Virus record (IMG/VR): IMGVR_UViG_3300020442_002030
Coordinates: 847-64,846 of that record
Strand: one strand, 5' to 3'
Length of the DNA: 64,000 nucleotides
DNA from: a virus
Both the position numbers and the translations under genes were made by a program. The notes under the pieces are model-generated. The model was not told the origin of the DNA and made no database searches. It worked only from the letters and a program-made list of their open reading frames with translations. Positions 1-9,214 of this stretch are shown in pieces. Positions within the stretch are counted from its first letter, which is position 1, and the number at the start of each line of letters is the position of its first letter.

Positions 1-2
1 CT

Positions 3-1154
3 GATGTAATATTAGATGAAACAAATCCATTAGTAACTGAAGGTATAGTTGGATTAGGTAAAATTGGACACATATCATTTATCCCAATGAACAAAGGTTC
101 AGTAGAAGGTGATGGGGGTGATAACTTCGCAGCTCCTATGGATAAAAACTTTAACACACTACCAATCAAAAACGAAAAGGTAGATATTTTTAATACAAAG
201 ACTGGTTACTTCTACAGAAGGAGTAATGATAATATTACACCAAACATAGATACATCATCAACACTTATCTCTGATTTCTTTAAAAGATTTGAAGAAAAAG
301 AAAATAGTAAAGATGATTATCAATCTACATCAAATACTGGTATAGCTAATAAATCAACATCAGATAGTGGTGAAGATAATAAATTAGGTGAAGTATTTGA
401 AGATAAGCAAAATGATATACATCCATTGAGATATTATGAAGGTGATACTTTAGTTGAATCAAGATTTGGACAATCAATAAGATTTAGTGGATATAATAAT
501 GAAGATGGAACATTATCACCAACAATCATATTAAGAAATAGAGAAAACGATGTATCACAAAATGATACTGAATTTGGTAGCACCACCAACGAAGATGTAA
601 ACAGAGATGGTTCTACTATTGTATTATCATCATTAAACTATAAATTAGATTTTCAACCAGGTGTTGTTGATGATGGTGGTTCATCAAACTTTGATAACAA
701 ACCAAATTCATTTACTGATTATCCATCTGAGTTAATTGGTGACCAAATATTAATTAATAGTGGTAGAGTTATAATATCAGCAAAAGAATCTGAAATGATT
801 TTTTATTCAAAAGGTAATTATGGGTTTATATCAGATGGTGGGTTATCAATAGATAATAAAGGTGGTATTACCGCTAACATAGAAGATGATTCAATTTTTA
901 CAACAAATAATAAAGATTTTACAATAGAAACAGGAGCTAATGGTGAAATTCATTTAGGTAATGGTAGTGGAGAAGAACCTTTAGTTAAGGGTGACCAATT
1001 AGTTGATGTATTATCACAACTTATAGATGCTATAAATCAGATGACTCACCCAACACCTGCAGGTCCATCTGGTCCACCTGTTAATGCAGCAGTGTTTAGC
1101 CAAATAAAACAAAAGCTAAGTATTATATTAAGTAAGAAAAATTTCGTAGACTAA
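3..1154 (+). CDS. Baseplate hub/spike-type (gp5/VgrG/gpV-like) protein, 5'-truncated by the window edge
   Basis: The frame is open from base 3 (DVILDETNPLVTEGIVG...) into the tracked ORF at 87. The C-terminus has short beta-repeats and ends LVKGDQLVDVLSQLIDAI..THPTPAGPSGPP, typical of spike/baseplate-V proteins. It lies upstream of gp25- and gp6-like genes. Confidence 0.6.
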   Translation, partial: DVILDETNPLVTEGIVGLGKIGHISFIPMNKGSVEGDGGDNFAAPMDKNFNTLPIKNEKVDIFNTKTGYFYRRSNDNITPNIDTSSTLISDFFKRFEEKENSKDDYQSTSNTGIANKSTSDSGEDNKLGEVFEDKQNDIHPLRYYEGDTLVESRFGQSIRFSGYNNEDGTLSPTIILRNRENDVSQNDTEFGSTTNEDVNRDGSTIVLSSLNYKLDFQPGVVDDGGSSNFDNKPNSFTDYPSELIGDQILINSGRVIISAKESEMIFYSKGNYGFISDGGLSIDNKGGITANIEDDSIFTTNNKDFTIETGANGEIHLGNGSGEEPLVKGDQLVDVLSQLIDAINQMTHPTPAGPSGPPVNAAVFSQIKQKLSIILSKKNFVD

Positions 1155-1155
1155 A

Positions 1156-1932
1156 ATGAGTTGGGGTGTATTTCGTTCAAATATGTTAAGGTATATGAAA
1201 AACCCAACAGGAGTTTCATCATCACAAGCATATGCTAAAAAGATTACATTCGAATATGATATGTGTATGCGTAGAGGTATTCAAGGAATAAATCTATGTT
1301 CGGTACAAAAAGGAAATACTCAAGCTATGGAATCTTTAATAGCAGTAACACTCGCACAATGTTTCGCTAATCCAGGTCCAGCATTATCACCATTAATTAA
1401 AAATTTAGGTAGTGCTTTTAAAGCATATTGGGCTGGTGCAACAATGAATCCATTTCCGATTCCACCAATCCCAGCACCTGGCGCTATACAAAATATTGTA
1501 GTAACACAAAACCTATGTATTAATCCTGGCACTTGGGTAGCTCAGTTTCCAACACCACCAGTATTATCATCTGCGTTTTTAGTTGATTTTATTATATTAG
1601 CTGCACAAATTCACTTACTTACATTAAAGGGTATGATTTATACAACATCAATGTATCCTGCAGCACCATCCCCTGTTCCAGCTCCTGGTGTGATTCAATG
1701 GAGTGGATATATAATACCAGGTGGTTTTGGTCGTGATGGTGATGATGATAATTCTGATGGAGAACCAAACTCAGATTGGCAACCATTAAATACTGATAAC
1801 GTACCGAACTCTAAACCATTTGTTGAGGGAGCATTATTTAATTCTGGAGATGTTGTTGAGTATGATGGTAAGTTTTATATAGCTCAAAATCCTGAAAAAA
1901 ACGGAGAACGATGTTGGAATGTACCATTCTGA
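1156..1932 (+). CDS. Pro-rich putative virion protein with C-terminal carbohydrate-binding-like motif
   Basis: 258-aa ORF within the baseplate cluster. Pro-rich core, acidic linker (DGDDDNSDG), then FNSGDVVEYDGKFYIA resembling CBM5/12 (ChtBD3). Confidence 0.45.
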   Translation: MSWGVFRSNMLRYMKNPTGVSSSQAYAKKITFEYDMCMRRGIQGINLCSVQKGNTQAMESLIAVTLAQCFANPGPALSPLIKNLGSAFKAYWAGATMNPFPIPPIPAPGAIQNIVVTQNLCINPGTWVAQFPTPPVLSSAFLVDFIILAAQIHLLTLKGMIYTTSMYPAAPSPVPAPGVIQWSGYIIPGGFGRDGDDDNSDGEPNSDWQPLNTDNVPNSKPFVEGALFNSGDVVEYDGKFYIAQNPEKNGERCWNVPF

Positions 1933-1952
1933 GAGTAAAATATTATTAGTGT

Positions 1953-1961
1953 ATATTTATA
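1953..1961 (+). promoter_or_regulatory. ATATTTATA putative late promoter
   Basis: Exact motif in the intergenic gap before ATG 1980; the same motif occurs in 10 of 11 long gaps. Confidence 0.6.
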
Positions 1962-1979
1962 TTAAAACAGAAAACAATT

Positions 1980-2537
1980 ATGGATTCGAAAAAATTAGTA
2001 AAAGTAATCAAAGCGTTAGTAGAAGCTGAGGTATCTAAAAGACAAGAAGTTTTTCTAAAGAAAACTTTTCCTAAGATTTTAGATGAAGCAGTAAAGGCAA
2101 GAATGAAAACTATTACTTCTAATAAAACAGAAGAAGTAGACCCGTTTTCATTAGCTAATGCAGTATTAGATGAAGATAGAAAAGAATCTCAACCAGTTGT
2201 TGAGAATCAAACATATACTAAGAACCCTATGTTAAACCAAGTACTAAACGAAACTCTACAGAGTGGTGTTACTGATACGATGGATAAAACAGTTACATTT
2301 GGAACACACAACGTAGCAGCTGCTGGTGGAGGAACACCTGTAGGACAAAGTGGTATCCAATCTTTTAGAGAGGAGATGGCTCAAAAGATGGGATTACAAC
2401 CAATGGGACAACAATCAGCACCACAACCACAAGGTTTAGGAGTACAGACTGGTGTGCCTGGTTTAGATAAGATTCTTAACAGAGATAATTCAGAGCTTGT
2501 AAAAGCTATGACTAGAAAAAGAGGAGTAGGAGCATAA
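1980..2537 (+). CDS. Hypothetical virion-associated protein
   Basis: 185-aa ORF after the motif. N-terminus MDSKKLVKVIKALVEAEV resembles the leaders of the head-region small proteins. Confidence 0.5.
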   Translation: MDSKKLVKVIKALVEAEVSKRQEVFLKKTFPKILDEAVKARMKTITSNKTEEVDPFSLANAVLDEDRKESQPVVENQTYTKNPMLNQVLNETLQSGVTDTMDKTVTFGTHNVAAAGGGTPVGQSGIQSFREEMAQKMGLQPMGQQSAPQPQGLGVQTGVPGLDKILNRDNSELVKAMTRKRGVGA

Positions 2538-2538
2538 G

Positions 2539-2970
2539 ATGGCTTATGAGTTGAATAAAAAGATTGTAATCGATACTGAAGAGTTTAACAACTTTGCAGT
2601 AGGTATTACATTACCAATACAAAGAGGTAATGAAGGATATTTCAGACAATCTTTTAGAACATTCGACCAAATCCGTTCCAACTTAAAAAATTTATTACTT
2701 ACCAAAAGAGGGGAAAGAATATTTCAGCCAGATTTTGGAAGTGGGTTACATGATTTGTTGTTCAATCCTGCAACAGAGAAATTTGAAGAGGATTTAGAAA
2801 CTACAATAAATGATGCAGTAGCTAAATGGTTACCTTATGTTATAGTAGAAGATATTAACATTGATATAAGTAAAGAAATGACTGATAATAATCAAGCTAA
2901 AGTATCTTTGAAGTTTAGACAAGAAGGAGACCAAACGTTAGATACATTAACATTTTTGGTAGAGGAATAA
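2539..2970 (+). CDS. Baseplate wedge protein, gp25/GPW family
   Basis: 143 aa with IRSNLKNLLLTKRGERIFQPDFGSGLHDLLF and AVAKWLPYV, the gp25-family signature; SD-like AGGAG upstream. Confidence 0.9.
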   Translation: MAYELNKKIVIDTEEFNNFAVGITLPIQRGNEGYFRQSFRTFDQIRSNLKNLLLTKRGERIFQPDFGSGLHDLLFNPATEKFEEDLETTINDAVAKWLPYVIVEDINIDISKEMTDNNQAKVSLKFRQEGDQTLDTLTFLVEE

Positions 2971-2971
2971 T

Positions 2972-5023
2972 ATGGCATTAAATAATCAAATAAAAAGTTT
3001 TAAAGATAAAGGTAAAGATATTAAATACCTTAATAAAGATTTCGTTGATTTTAGAACCAACCTAATTGAATTTGCTAAAACTTACTTCCCAACAACATAT
3101 AATGATTTTAATGAATCATCGCCAGGTATGATGTTTATAGAAATGGCATCATATATCGGTGATGTATTAGGATATTATATTGATGATACTTTAAAGGAAT
3201 CATTGATTACTACTGCTGAAGATAGAGAAAATATATTTGAATTAGCTAAAATGATGGGGTATAAAGCTAAAGCAACAACTCCAGCTACAACTAAGTTAAG
3301 TGTATTTCAATTAGTACCATCAAGAAGATTAACAAACCCAATCTCATCGGGTGATTTAGCATTTGAACCTGATACTGATTATTACCTAAGAGTAAAAGAA
3401 GGTATGGAGTTAGATGCCGATGGTGTACAATTTAGAACAACAGAACTTGTAGATTTCGCAGATGCTGATGAAAGAGAAATAAGTGTATATGAAAGAGATG
3501 CATCAACGAATAATCCAAAGTTTTATTTGGTAAAAAAATATGTAGATGTAATATCAGCTACGGAAAAACAAATAGAAATAACTTTTGGTACAACTCAAGA
3601 AGAATACGCAAGAATAGATATACCTGATAATAATGTTATCAGTATCTATGATGTTAGAGATGGTAACAATAACAAATACTATCAAGTACCATACTTAGGA
3701 CAAGAGATGGTTTACGTTGAGTATTCAAATACAGAATCTCAAGATAAAGATTTATCTCAATTTAAAAATACAGTACCATCAATTCTTAAATTAATAAAAA
3801 CACCAAGAAGATTTAAAGCAGTATCCAATTCAAATGGAACAACTACAATTGAATTTGGTAGTGGTGATGCTGGTAAGAATGATGAATTATTAATACCTAC
3901 ATTTAAAAATGTTGGATTAGGATTACCTAATTCTATTGATAAATTAGGAGAATCTTTTGACCCATCAAACTTCTTACTTACTAAATCATACGGACAATCA
4001 CCAAAGAACACAACAATGACTGTAAAGTATTTAGTAGGTGGTGGTGTAGAATCAAACGTTGGTCAAAATAAAATACAAAGAATTACTAAAGTTGAGTTTG
4101 ATGAAGATTTATCAGCATTTGATGATGGAGCAAGAAATCTTTACTCAACTGTAAAGAACTCATTAGCAGTAGATAATGACCAACCAGCAACTGGTGGTAG
4201 AGGAGCGGAAACATTAGAAGAGATAAGACAAAACGCTATAGCTAACTTTGGTTCACAAAACAGAGCAGTAACATCTAAAGATTATCAAGTAAGAGCATTA
4301 TCAATGCCACCTAAGTTTGGTAATATCACAAAAGCATTTTGTACAGCTGATGGTAACTTAGATGATAATTCACCTGGCTCTATACTTGCTTCACCAACGG
4401 CATTGAACGAATTTTCTAAGTTGGTGCAAGATTTACAAGCTGATGGTAAGAATACTGATAAACAAATCAAAGAGCAAGTTTCTAAATTCTTATCAAATAA
4501 AAAAACAAATACAAAAGAAAAAAATAATCCATTCGCAGTAAACTTATATGTTTTAGGATATGATTCTAATAAAAAATTAACTTCTCTTAATAGAGCAGTA
4601 AAAGAAAACGCTAAAACTTATTTAAATGAATTTAGAATGTTAACCGATGGTGTAAATATGATTGATGGATTCATTATAAATGTAGGTTTAGATTTTGAAA
4701 TAAGAGTTTATAGAGATTATAATAAAAGAGAAGTATTAACTAATTGTATAAACGCACTTAAAGAATACTTTGAAATAGATAAATGGACATTTAACATGCC
4801 AATCAACATTGGTGAAGTTGAAATGTTAATAGGAAATATAGAGGGAGTACAATCCGTAGTTAAAACAGAGTTTAAAAACTTATGTGGAGGTACTTCAGGT
4901 TATTCACCAAACGCATACGATATCAAAGGAGCAACAAAGAATAAACAAATTTATCCTTCGTTAGACCCATCGATATTTGAAGTTAAATACCCTGATAGGG
5001 ATATAAGAGGGAGAGTTGTATAA
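2972..5023 (+). CDS. Baseplate wedge subunit, T4 gp6/Baseplate-J-like
   Basis: NKDFVDFRTNLIEFAKTYFP, DFNESSPGMMFIEMASYIGDVL, GGRGAETLEEIRQNA and QNRAVTSKDY motifs; directly follows gp25. Confidence 0.9.
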   Translation: MALNNQIKSFKDKGKDIKYLNKDFVDFRTNLIEFAKTYFPTTYNDFNESSPGMMFIEMASYIGDVLGYYIDDTLKESLITTAEDRENIFELAKMMGYKAKATTPATTKLSVFQLVPSRRLTNPISSGDLAFEPDTDYYLRVKEGMELDADGVQFRTTELVDFADADEREISVYERDASTNNPKFYLVKKYVDVISATEKQIEITFGTTQEEYARIDIPDNNVISIYDVRDGNNNKYYQVPYLGQEMVYVEYSNTESQDKDLSQFKNTVPSILKLIKTPRRFKAVSNSNGTTTIEFGSGDAGKNDELLIPTFKNVGLGLPNSIDKLGESFDPSNFLLTKSYGQSPKNTTMTVKYLVGGGVESNVGQNKIQRITKVEFDEDLSAFDDGARNLYSTVKNSLAVDNDQPATGGRGAETLEEIRQNAIANFGSQNRAVTSKDYQVRALSMPPKFGNITKAFCTADGNLDDNSPGSILASPTALNEFSKLVQDLQADGKNTDKQIKEQVSKFLSNKKTNTKEKNNPFAVNLYVLGYDSNKKLTSLNRAVKENAKTYLNEFRMLTDGVNMIDGFIINVGLDFEIRVYRDYNKREVLTNCINALKEYFEIDKWTFNMPINIGEVEMLIGNIEGVQSVVKTEFKNLCGGTSGYSPNAYDIKGATKNKQIYPSLDPSIFEVKYPDRDIRGRVV

Positions 5024-6081
5024 TGTATTATTTTTTAACCGCATCTAAAGACGCTAGTATATTTCTACAACAACCAACTCAAAATACTGGGTTGGATGAA
5101 ATATTAGAAGTATCTAAAGTTTATTATGGTTCACTTAAAGATACTGCTAGAACTTTAATTAAATTTGATACAAATACACTATCAGCTAGTTTAGCAAATG
5201 GTGATGTAACTATGAGTGTTGCTGAATTAGTTCTTAGAGAAACTGAACCAACAGAAATCCCTTTATCATATTCGTTAGAAATAAATCCTGTTTCACAAAG
5301 TTGGGAAATGGGTAATGGTACTCGATTTGATGATATATCAACAACTGGTGTAACTTGGAACTACAGAGATAGTGGTTCTAATTGGTTACCAACTAATGTA
5401 CCAAATAGTGGTAGTGCAACTGGTTCATTCGATGGTAAGGGTGGTATGTGGTACACCGCATCCCAAGCTACTCGTTCTTATGATTACGAATCATCTGATT
5501 TGATTGTTGATGTATCTTCATCACTTTCATTTTGGTTAGATGGTGGATATCCAAACGAAGGATTTATTATAAAGCACGAATCACAAAAAGAAAACAATGA
5601 TATTGATTATGGACAATTAAAATTCTTTAGTAAAGAAACACATACAATATATCAACCAAAGATTAGAATCGGTTGGGATGATAGTAGATATGAAACTGGT
5701 TCACTACAAGCGTTACCAGAAGAATACAAAGTATCATTGAAAAGATTGAAAAAATCATATAAAGCCGGTGGAAGATACGATATAGAGGTATTCGCAAGAG
5801 AGTTGTATCCACAAAAAACTTTTCAAAACACATTTGGATACTCCACAGGCAGCTTACTTCCAACATCATCTTTCTACCAAATAAGAGACAACGAAAGTAA
5901 TGATATTATTATTCCTTTCGGTGATTATTCTAAACTAAGTACATATGGAAACAAAAGTAGAATTAGTTTAGATTTAACAAATTTTGAAGTAAATAGAAGT
6001 TATAAGGTAGAGTTGAAAATAGAACGAACAGGTTCTGCTGAATACTTTGATGATGATTATATATTTGAAGTAACTGAATAA
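5023..6081 (+). CDS. Putative baseplate/tail structural protein (beta-sandwich)
   Basis: 352 aa, coupled by TAATG; S/T/G-rich; NEGFIIK..FFSKETHTIYQPKIRIGWDD pattern. Confidence 0.55.
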   Translation: MYYFLTASKDASIFLQQPTQNTGLDEILEVSKVYYGSLKDTARTLIKFDTNTLSASLANGDVTMSVAELVLRETEPTEIPLSYSLEINPVSQSWEMGNGTRFDDISTTGVTWNYRDSGSNWLPTNVPNSGSATGSFDGKGGMWYTASQATRSYDYESSDLIVDVSSSLSFWLDGGYPNEGFIIKHESQKENNDIDYGQLKFFSKETHTIYQPKIRIGWDDSRYETGSLQALPEEYKVSLKRLKKSYKAGGRYDIEVFARELYPQKTFQNTFGYSTGSLLPTSSFYQIRDNESNDIIIPFGDYSKLSTYGNKSRISLDLTNFEVNRSYKVELKIERTGSAEYFDDDYIFEVTE

Positions 6082-7145
6082 TGGCATTAGATAAAGAGAT
6101 AAGAGTTAAAGAACTAAACGCAAGTGGTTCATCCGCAGTGAAGTCTATCGACCCTTATGGTAGACACAACTTCTTTGCTGAGCAAATGAAAGAAGTAAAC
6201 GGGTCTATGGATGGAGAGATGTTCAGTAAGTTGAAAAAACCAAAATACGATGAGGAACAACTTATACTTGCTTTAGATACTGATGTGGATGAACTAATTC
6301 CACAAGCTCCAGATGATTTACCTGATGTTGTATTACGAAGTGAATATGATGCTTTACAAGCATTATTAGATGAAGCTAACGAAACAATAGCAAGTTTAAA
6401 TCAAACTTTATCTCAGTTAAGAGCAAAGATATCTGATTTAGAATCACAAATAGCTGGATTAAAATCTGAGTTAGATGCTTCACTTATTAGAGTAGCAGTA
6501 GCTGAGAATTCAGCAGAAGCAGCTTCTGATAAATTTGCACAAACCGCTTTAGATTTACAACAAGCTATTCAAAAATCAATAGCAGAAGCAATCGAAAGAG
6601 TTTCATTGGAAGCACAAGTAGAAGGTTTGGTAGCACAGAAAGAAGCATTAGTAGCTCAAGTCGGTACATTAGAAGAACAACTAAAAGGTAAAACGGCTGA
6701 ATTAGCATCTGGTGGTGACCAATCAGCTAGTGGTAAATGGACTTATAGAGTTGAACCAGAAGGAGACCCTACTAAACCTCCATTCTTTTATCATACTTCA
6801 GAATGGAGAAGAGATAAAACGCCAGGATTGGTAAATGGTGAACAAATAATAATTCTTAACACTACTGAAAATGATATTACATATCAAATAACATATCCAA
6901 CATTGGGGGGAAAAGTTCCATTAACAGGAGCAAAAACAAAAACAATAACAGCTGGAAATTCAGCATCAATACCTGTTTCGTTTGATTTATCTAAGGCATA
7001 TGGTAAAAGAAATTTAGAGCCGTGGAAAAGAACTGTAGGTTGGAAGGGTAGCGCTTCTAATTATAATGGTGATATAAAAATAAGTGGTGGTGGTGATACT
7101 GTAACAATAGGTGCAAGAATTTATAAAGAAAGAGATGGTGGATAA
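6081..7145 (+). CDS. Coiled-coil structural protein with C-terminal Ig-like beta domain
   Basis: Central Leu/Ala heptads (LQALLDEANETIASLNQTLSQLRAKISDLESQIAGL); C-terminal beta-rich segment NTTENDITYQITY..TITAGNSASIPVSFD. Confidence 0.55.
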   Translation: MALDKEIRVKELNASGSSAVKSIDPYGRHNFFAEQMKEVNGSMDGEMFSKLKKPKYDEEQLILALDTDVDELIPQAPDDLPDVVLRSEYDALQALLDEANETIASLNQTLSQLRAKISDLESQIAGLKSELDASLIRVAVAENSAEAASDKFAQTALDLQQAIQKSIAEAIERVSLEAQVEGLVAQKEALVAQVGTLEEQLKGKTAELASGGDQSASGKWTYRVEPEGDPTKPPFFYHTSEWRRDKTPGLVNGEQIIILNTTENDITYQITYPTLGGKVPLTGAKTKTITAGNSASIPVSFDLSKAYGKRNLEPWKRTVGWKGSASNYNGDIKISGGGDTVTIGARIYKERDGG

Positions 7146-9214
7146 TGGCAATTAAAAACTTTAAAGAAGTATTGCAAAAAGAAGCTCAAAGAGTTGATAT
7201 CAAAGATAGAAAAATCTTTGAAAGAGGAACTTTGCCATCTTTCTTTGGTAGAGGTGAAACAGATACTATTGAGTTTATCCTTTACGATAATGGAGATAAC
7301 CAATTACCACAAGGTGAAAATGGTAAGTTAGTTAGATATGTAAATATTGCAGATATTGAAAATATTAGAAAATATATTTTAATTGCAAGAGGTAAAACCT
7401 CTAATTCAAATGCTGAATATTTTGTAGATATTGAAAGGTTAATAAATGAAGCTGGATATAAGAACGGATTATTTAGAACACAAATTACTCTATTGAATAA
7501 AAGGGTTGGTAGTGAAGCAAATCAAAACAAAGTATGGATTCACGAAATAGCACCATCAAGAACAGAAATTAGAGTTCTTCCAATTAAACCTGATAGTAAA
7601 TTAATGGAAGATGATTTAAATAATAGATACAATATTTTTTTAAGAAATGGTGAATTTAGAGATGATGTTGTAAATAGATTAGATGGATTTATTGATACTA
7701 TCTCTACAGAAAGTGTACTAAAAAAAGTAAATAGTTTATATGGTAGTGATTGGATTAAAAATCTACAAAAAGAATTTAAAATAGATAGCTTTGAAAGATT
7801 TATAGATACTTGTGTTATAAAATCAAAAGAAGCTATAGGGTATTATATTAGAAATAGACAATATAAAATTACAAGTAAAGATTATGGTAAACCAATGTTG
7901 GTAAACAAAAACCAACAAAGCTTCGATATATCAACTTTAGTAAAAACATCTAATGAAATCATTTGTGATGTTATTGCTTTTAATTTACCAAAAAGAAATG
8001 TAAATACACAAAATGTAGCATCAACTACAAAATTAGAATCGATAGATAGAATAGAAACTGTTCTACAAAAATTTGGAAAATCTAAAAAAATAGATACTGA
8101 TGTTTCGGTTACTAAACGTGTAATAAAACCATTAAAAGTAACTAAAGCAAAAGTTGGTAATCTAAGTACACCAAGAAAAGTAAAAGAAAAACCAGCTCCA
8201 CCAACACCTATTAAAATAGTATCTCCACCAAAAAGATATTACTTTTATCAGTTATTAAATCTTCCCGAAAAAAGAAGAGGAATTTTTAGAAGAAGAAAAA
8301 AAGATTTTAAGGTTGTACGATATACAAAAATGGATGGAGATAGTGTATCATTTACATTACCAGATGGTAGGTCAGCAAGAATATGTGCATTGGAAGGTAG
8401 TGTAAAAGCTGATAAAGGTGTAAGAGTAGAAAAGAAAGAATTGTGTGTAACAGATACGCCTGTTCCAACATTTGTTGAACCTAAAGTTAAGGATGAAATC
8501 AAACCAATTGAATTGACAAAAGAACAAAAGGAACTAATTAAAAATTTACCTGATATCGATACAATTAAAGAAAATATAAAATTTGAGTTTCAACCAATCA
8601 AATTTGATATGGAAAAAATGAAAAGGGAAATAGCTAAAAACATAAAACTTCCTAAAATTACTTTTCCAAAGTATATTGGTGCACCTGGAGCTACAGGTGA
8701 TGCAGGTGCTGCCAGAGGATTTTTCCTTAATGTAGGAAATCCTTTTCAACAAAACAATACAGGTGGATTAAATATTAAAAGAGGTAGAAATCCTTTTGTA
8801 AAAAGAAGAAATGATAAAGTAAGTAAAAGAAAACCAACTCCAAAACCAAGAGTTAAAACACCATCTCCATTTAATAGAAATCCATTTATACCACAAAGTA
8901 TAAAACCAATTAAAACAAATAAACCTGCATTAACGCAGGTAAGAAAAAGAGCGTTTCAAAATATAGTTAGTCCGAAAAAGAGTAGGGTAAAATCAAGACC
9001 ATCACCAGCACCTAAAGCGGCTCCAGTAATATTTCCAAAGCCATCTAGGGGTAGGGTTTCATTACCAAAATCATCTCCAAGAAAGAAGAGTAGTATATTT
9101 AATAGACGTAAAAGTAGAACGAGAACTAAACCTACAACATTTTTAGGTAGAAAGCCGTTAACACCAAGAACTAAAAAAAGGAGTATCTTCGGTAGAAGAA
9201 GAAGAGGTAGATAA
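7145..9214 (+). CDS. Putative structural protein with Lys/Arg/Pro-rich C-terminal tail
   Basis: 689-aa ORF coupled at both ends by TAATG; the last ~150 aa are low-complexity and basic. Confidence 0.5.
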   Translation: MAIKNFKEVLQKEAQRVDIKDRKIFERGTLPSFFGRGETDTIEFILYDNGDNQLPQGENGKLVRYVNIADIENIRKYILIARGKTSNSNAEYFVDIERLINEAGYKNGLFRTQITLLNKRVGSEANQNKVWIHEIAPSRTEIRVLPIKPDSKLMEDDLNNRYNIFLRNGEFRDDVVNRLDGFIDTISTESVLKKVNSLYGSDWIKNLQKEFKIDSFERFIDTCVIKSKEAIGYYIRNRQYKITSKDYGKPMLVNKNQQSFDISTLVKTSNEIICDVIAFNLPKRNVNTQNVASTTKLESIDRIETVLQKFGKSKKIDTDVSVTKRVIKPLKVTKAKVGNLSTPRKVKEKPAPPTPIKIVSPPKRYYFYQLLNLPEKRRGIFRRRKKDFKVVRYTKMDGDSVSFTLPDGRSARICALEGSVKADKGVRVEKKELCVTDTPVPTFVEPKVKDEIKPIELTKEQKELIKNLPDIDTIKENIKFEFQPIKFDMEKMKREIAKNIKLPKITFPKYIGAPGATGDAGAARGFFLNVGNPFQQNNTGGLNIKRGRNPFVKRRNDKVSKRKPTPKPRVKTPSPFNRNPFIPQSIKPIKTNKPALTQVRKRAFQNIVSPKKSRVKSRPSPAPKAAPVIFPKPSRGRVSLPKSSPRKKSSIFNRRKSRTRTKPTTFLGRKPLTPRTKKRSIFGRRRRGR

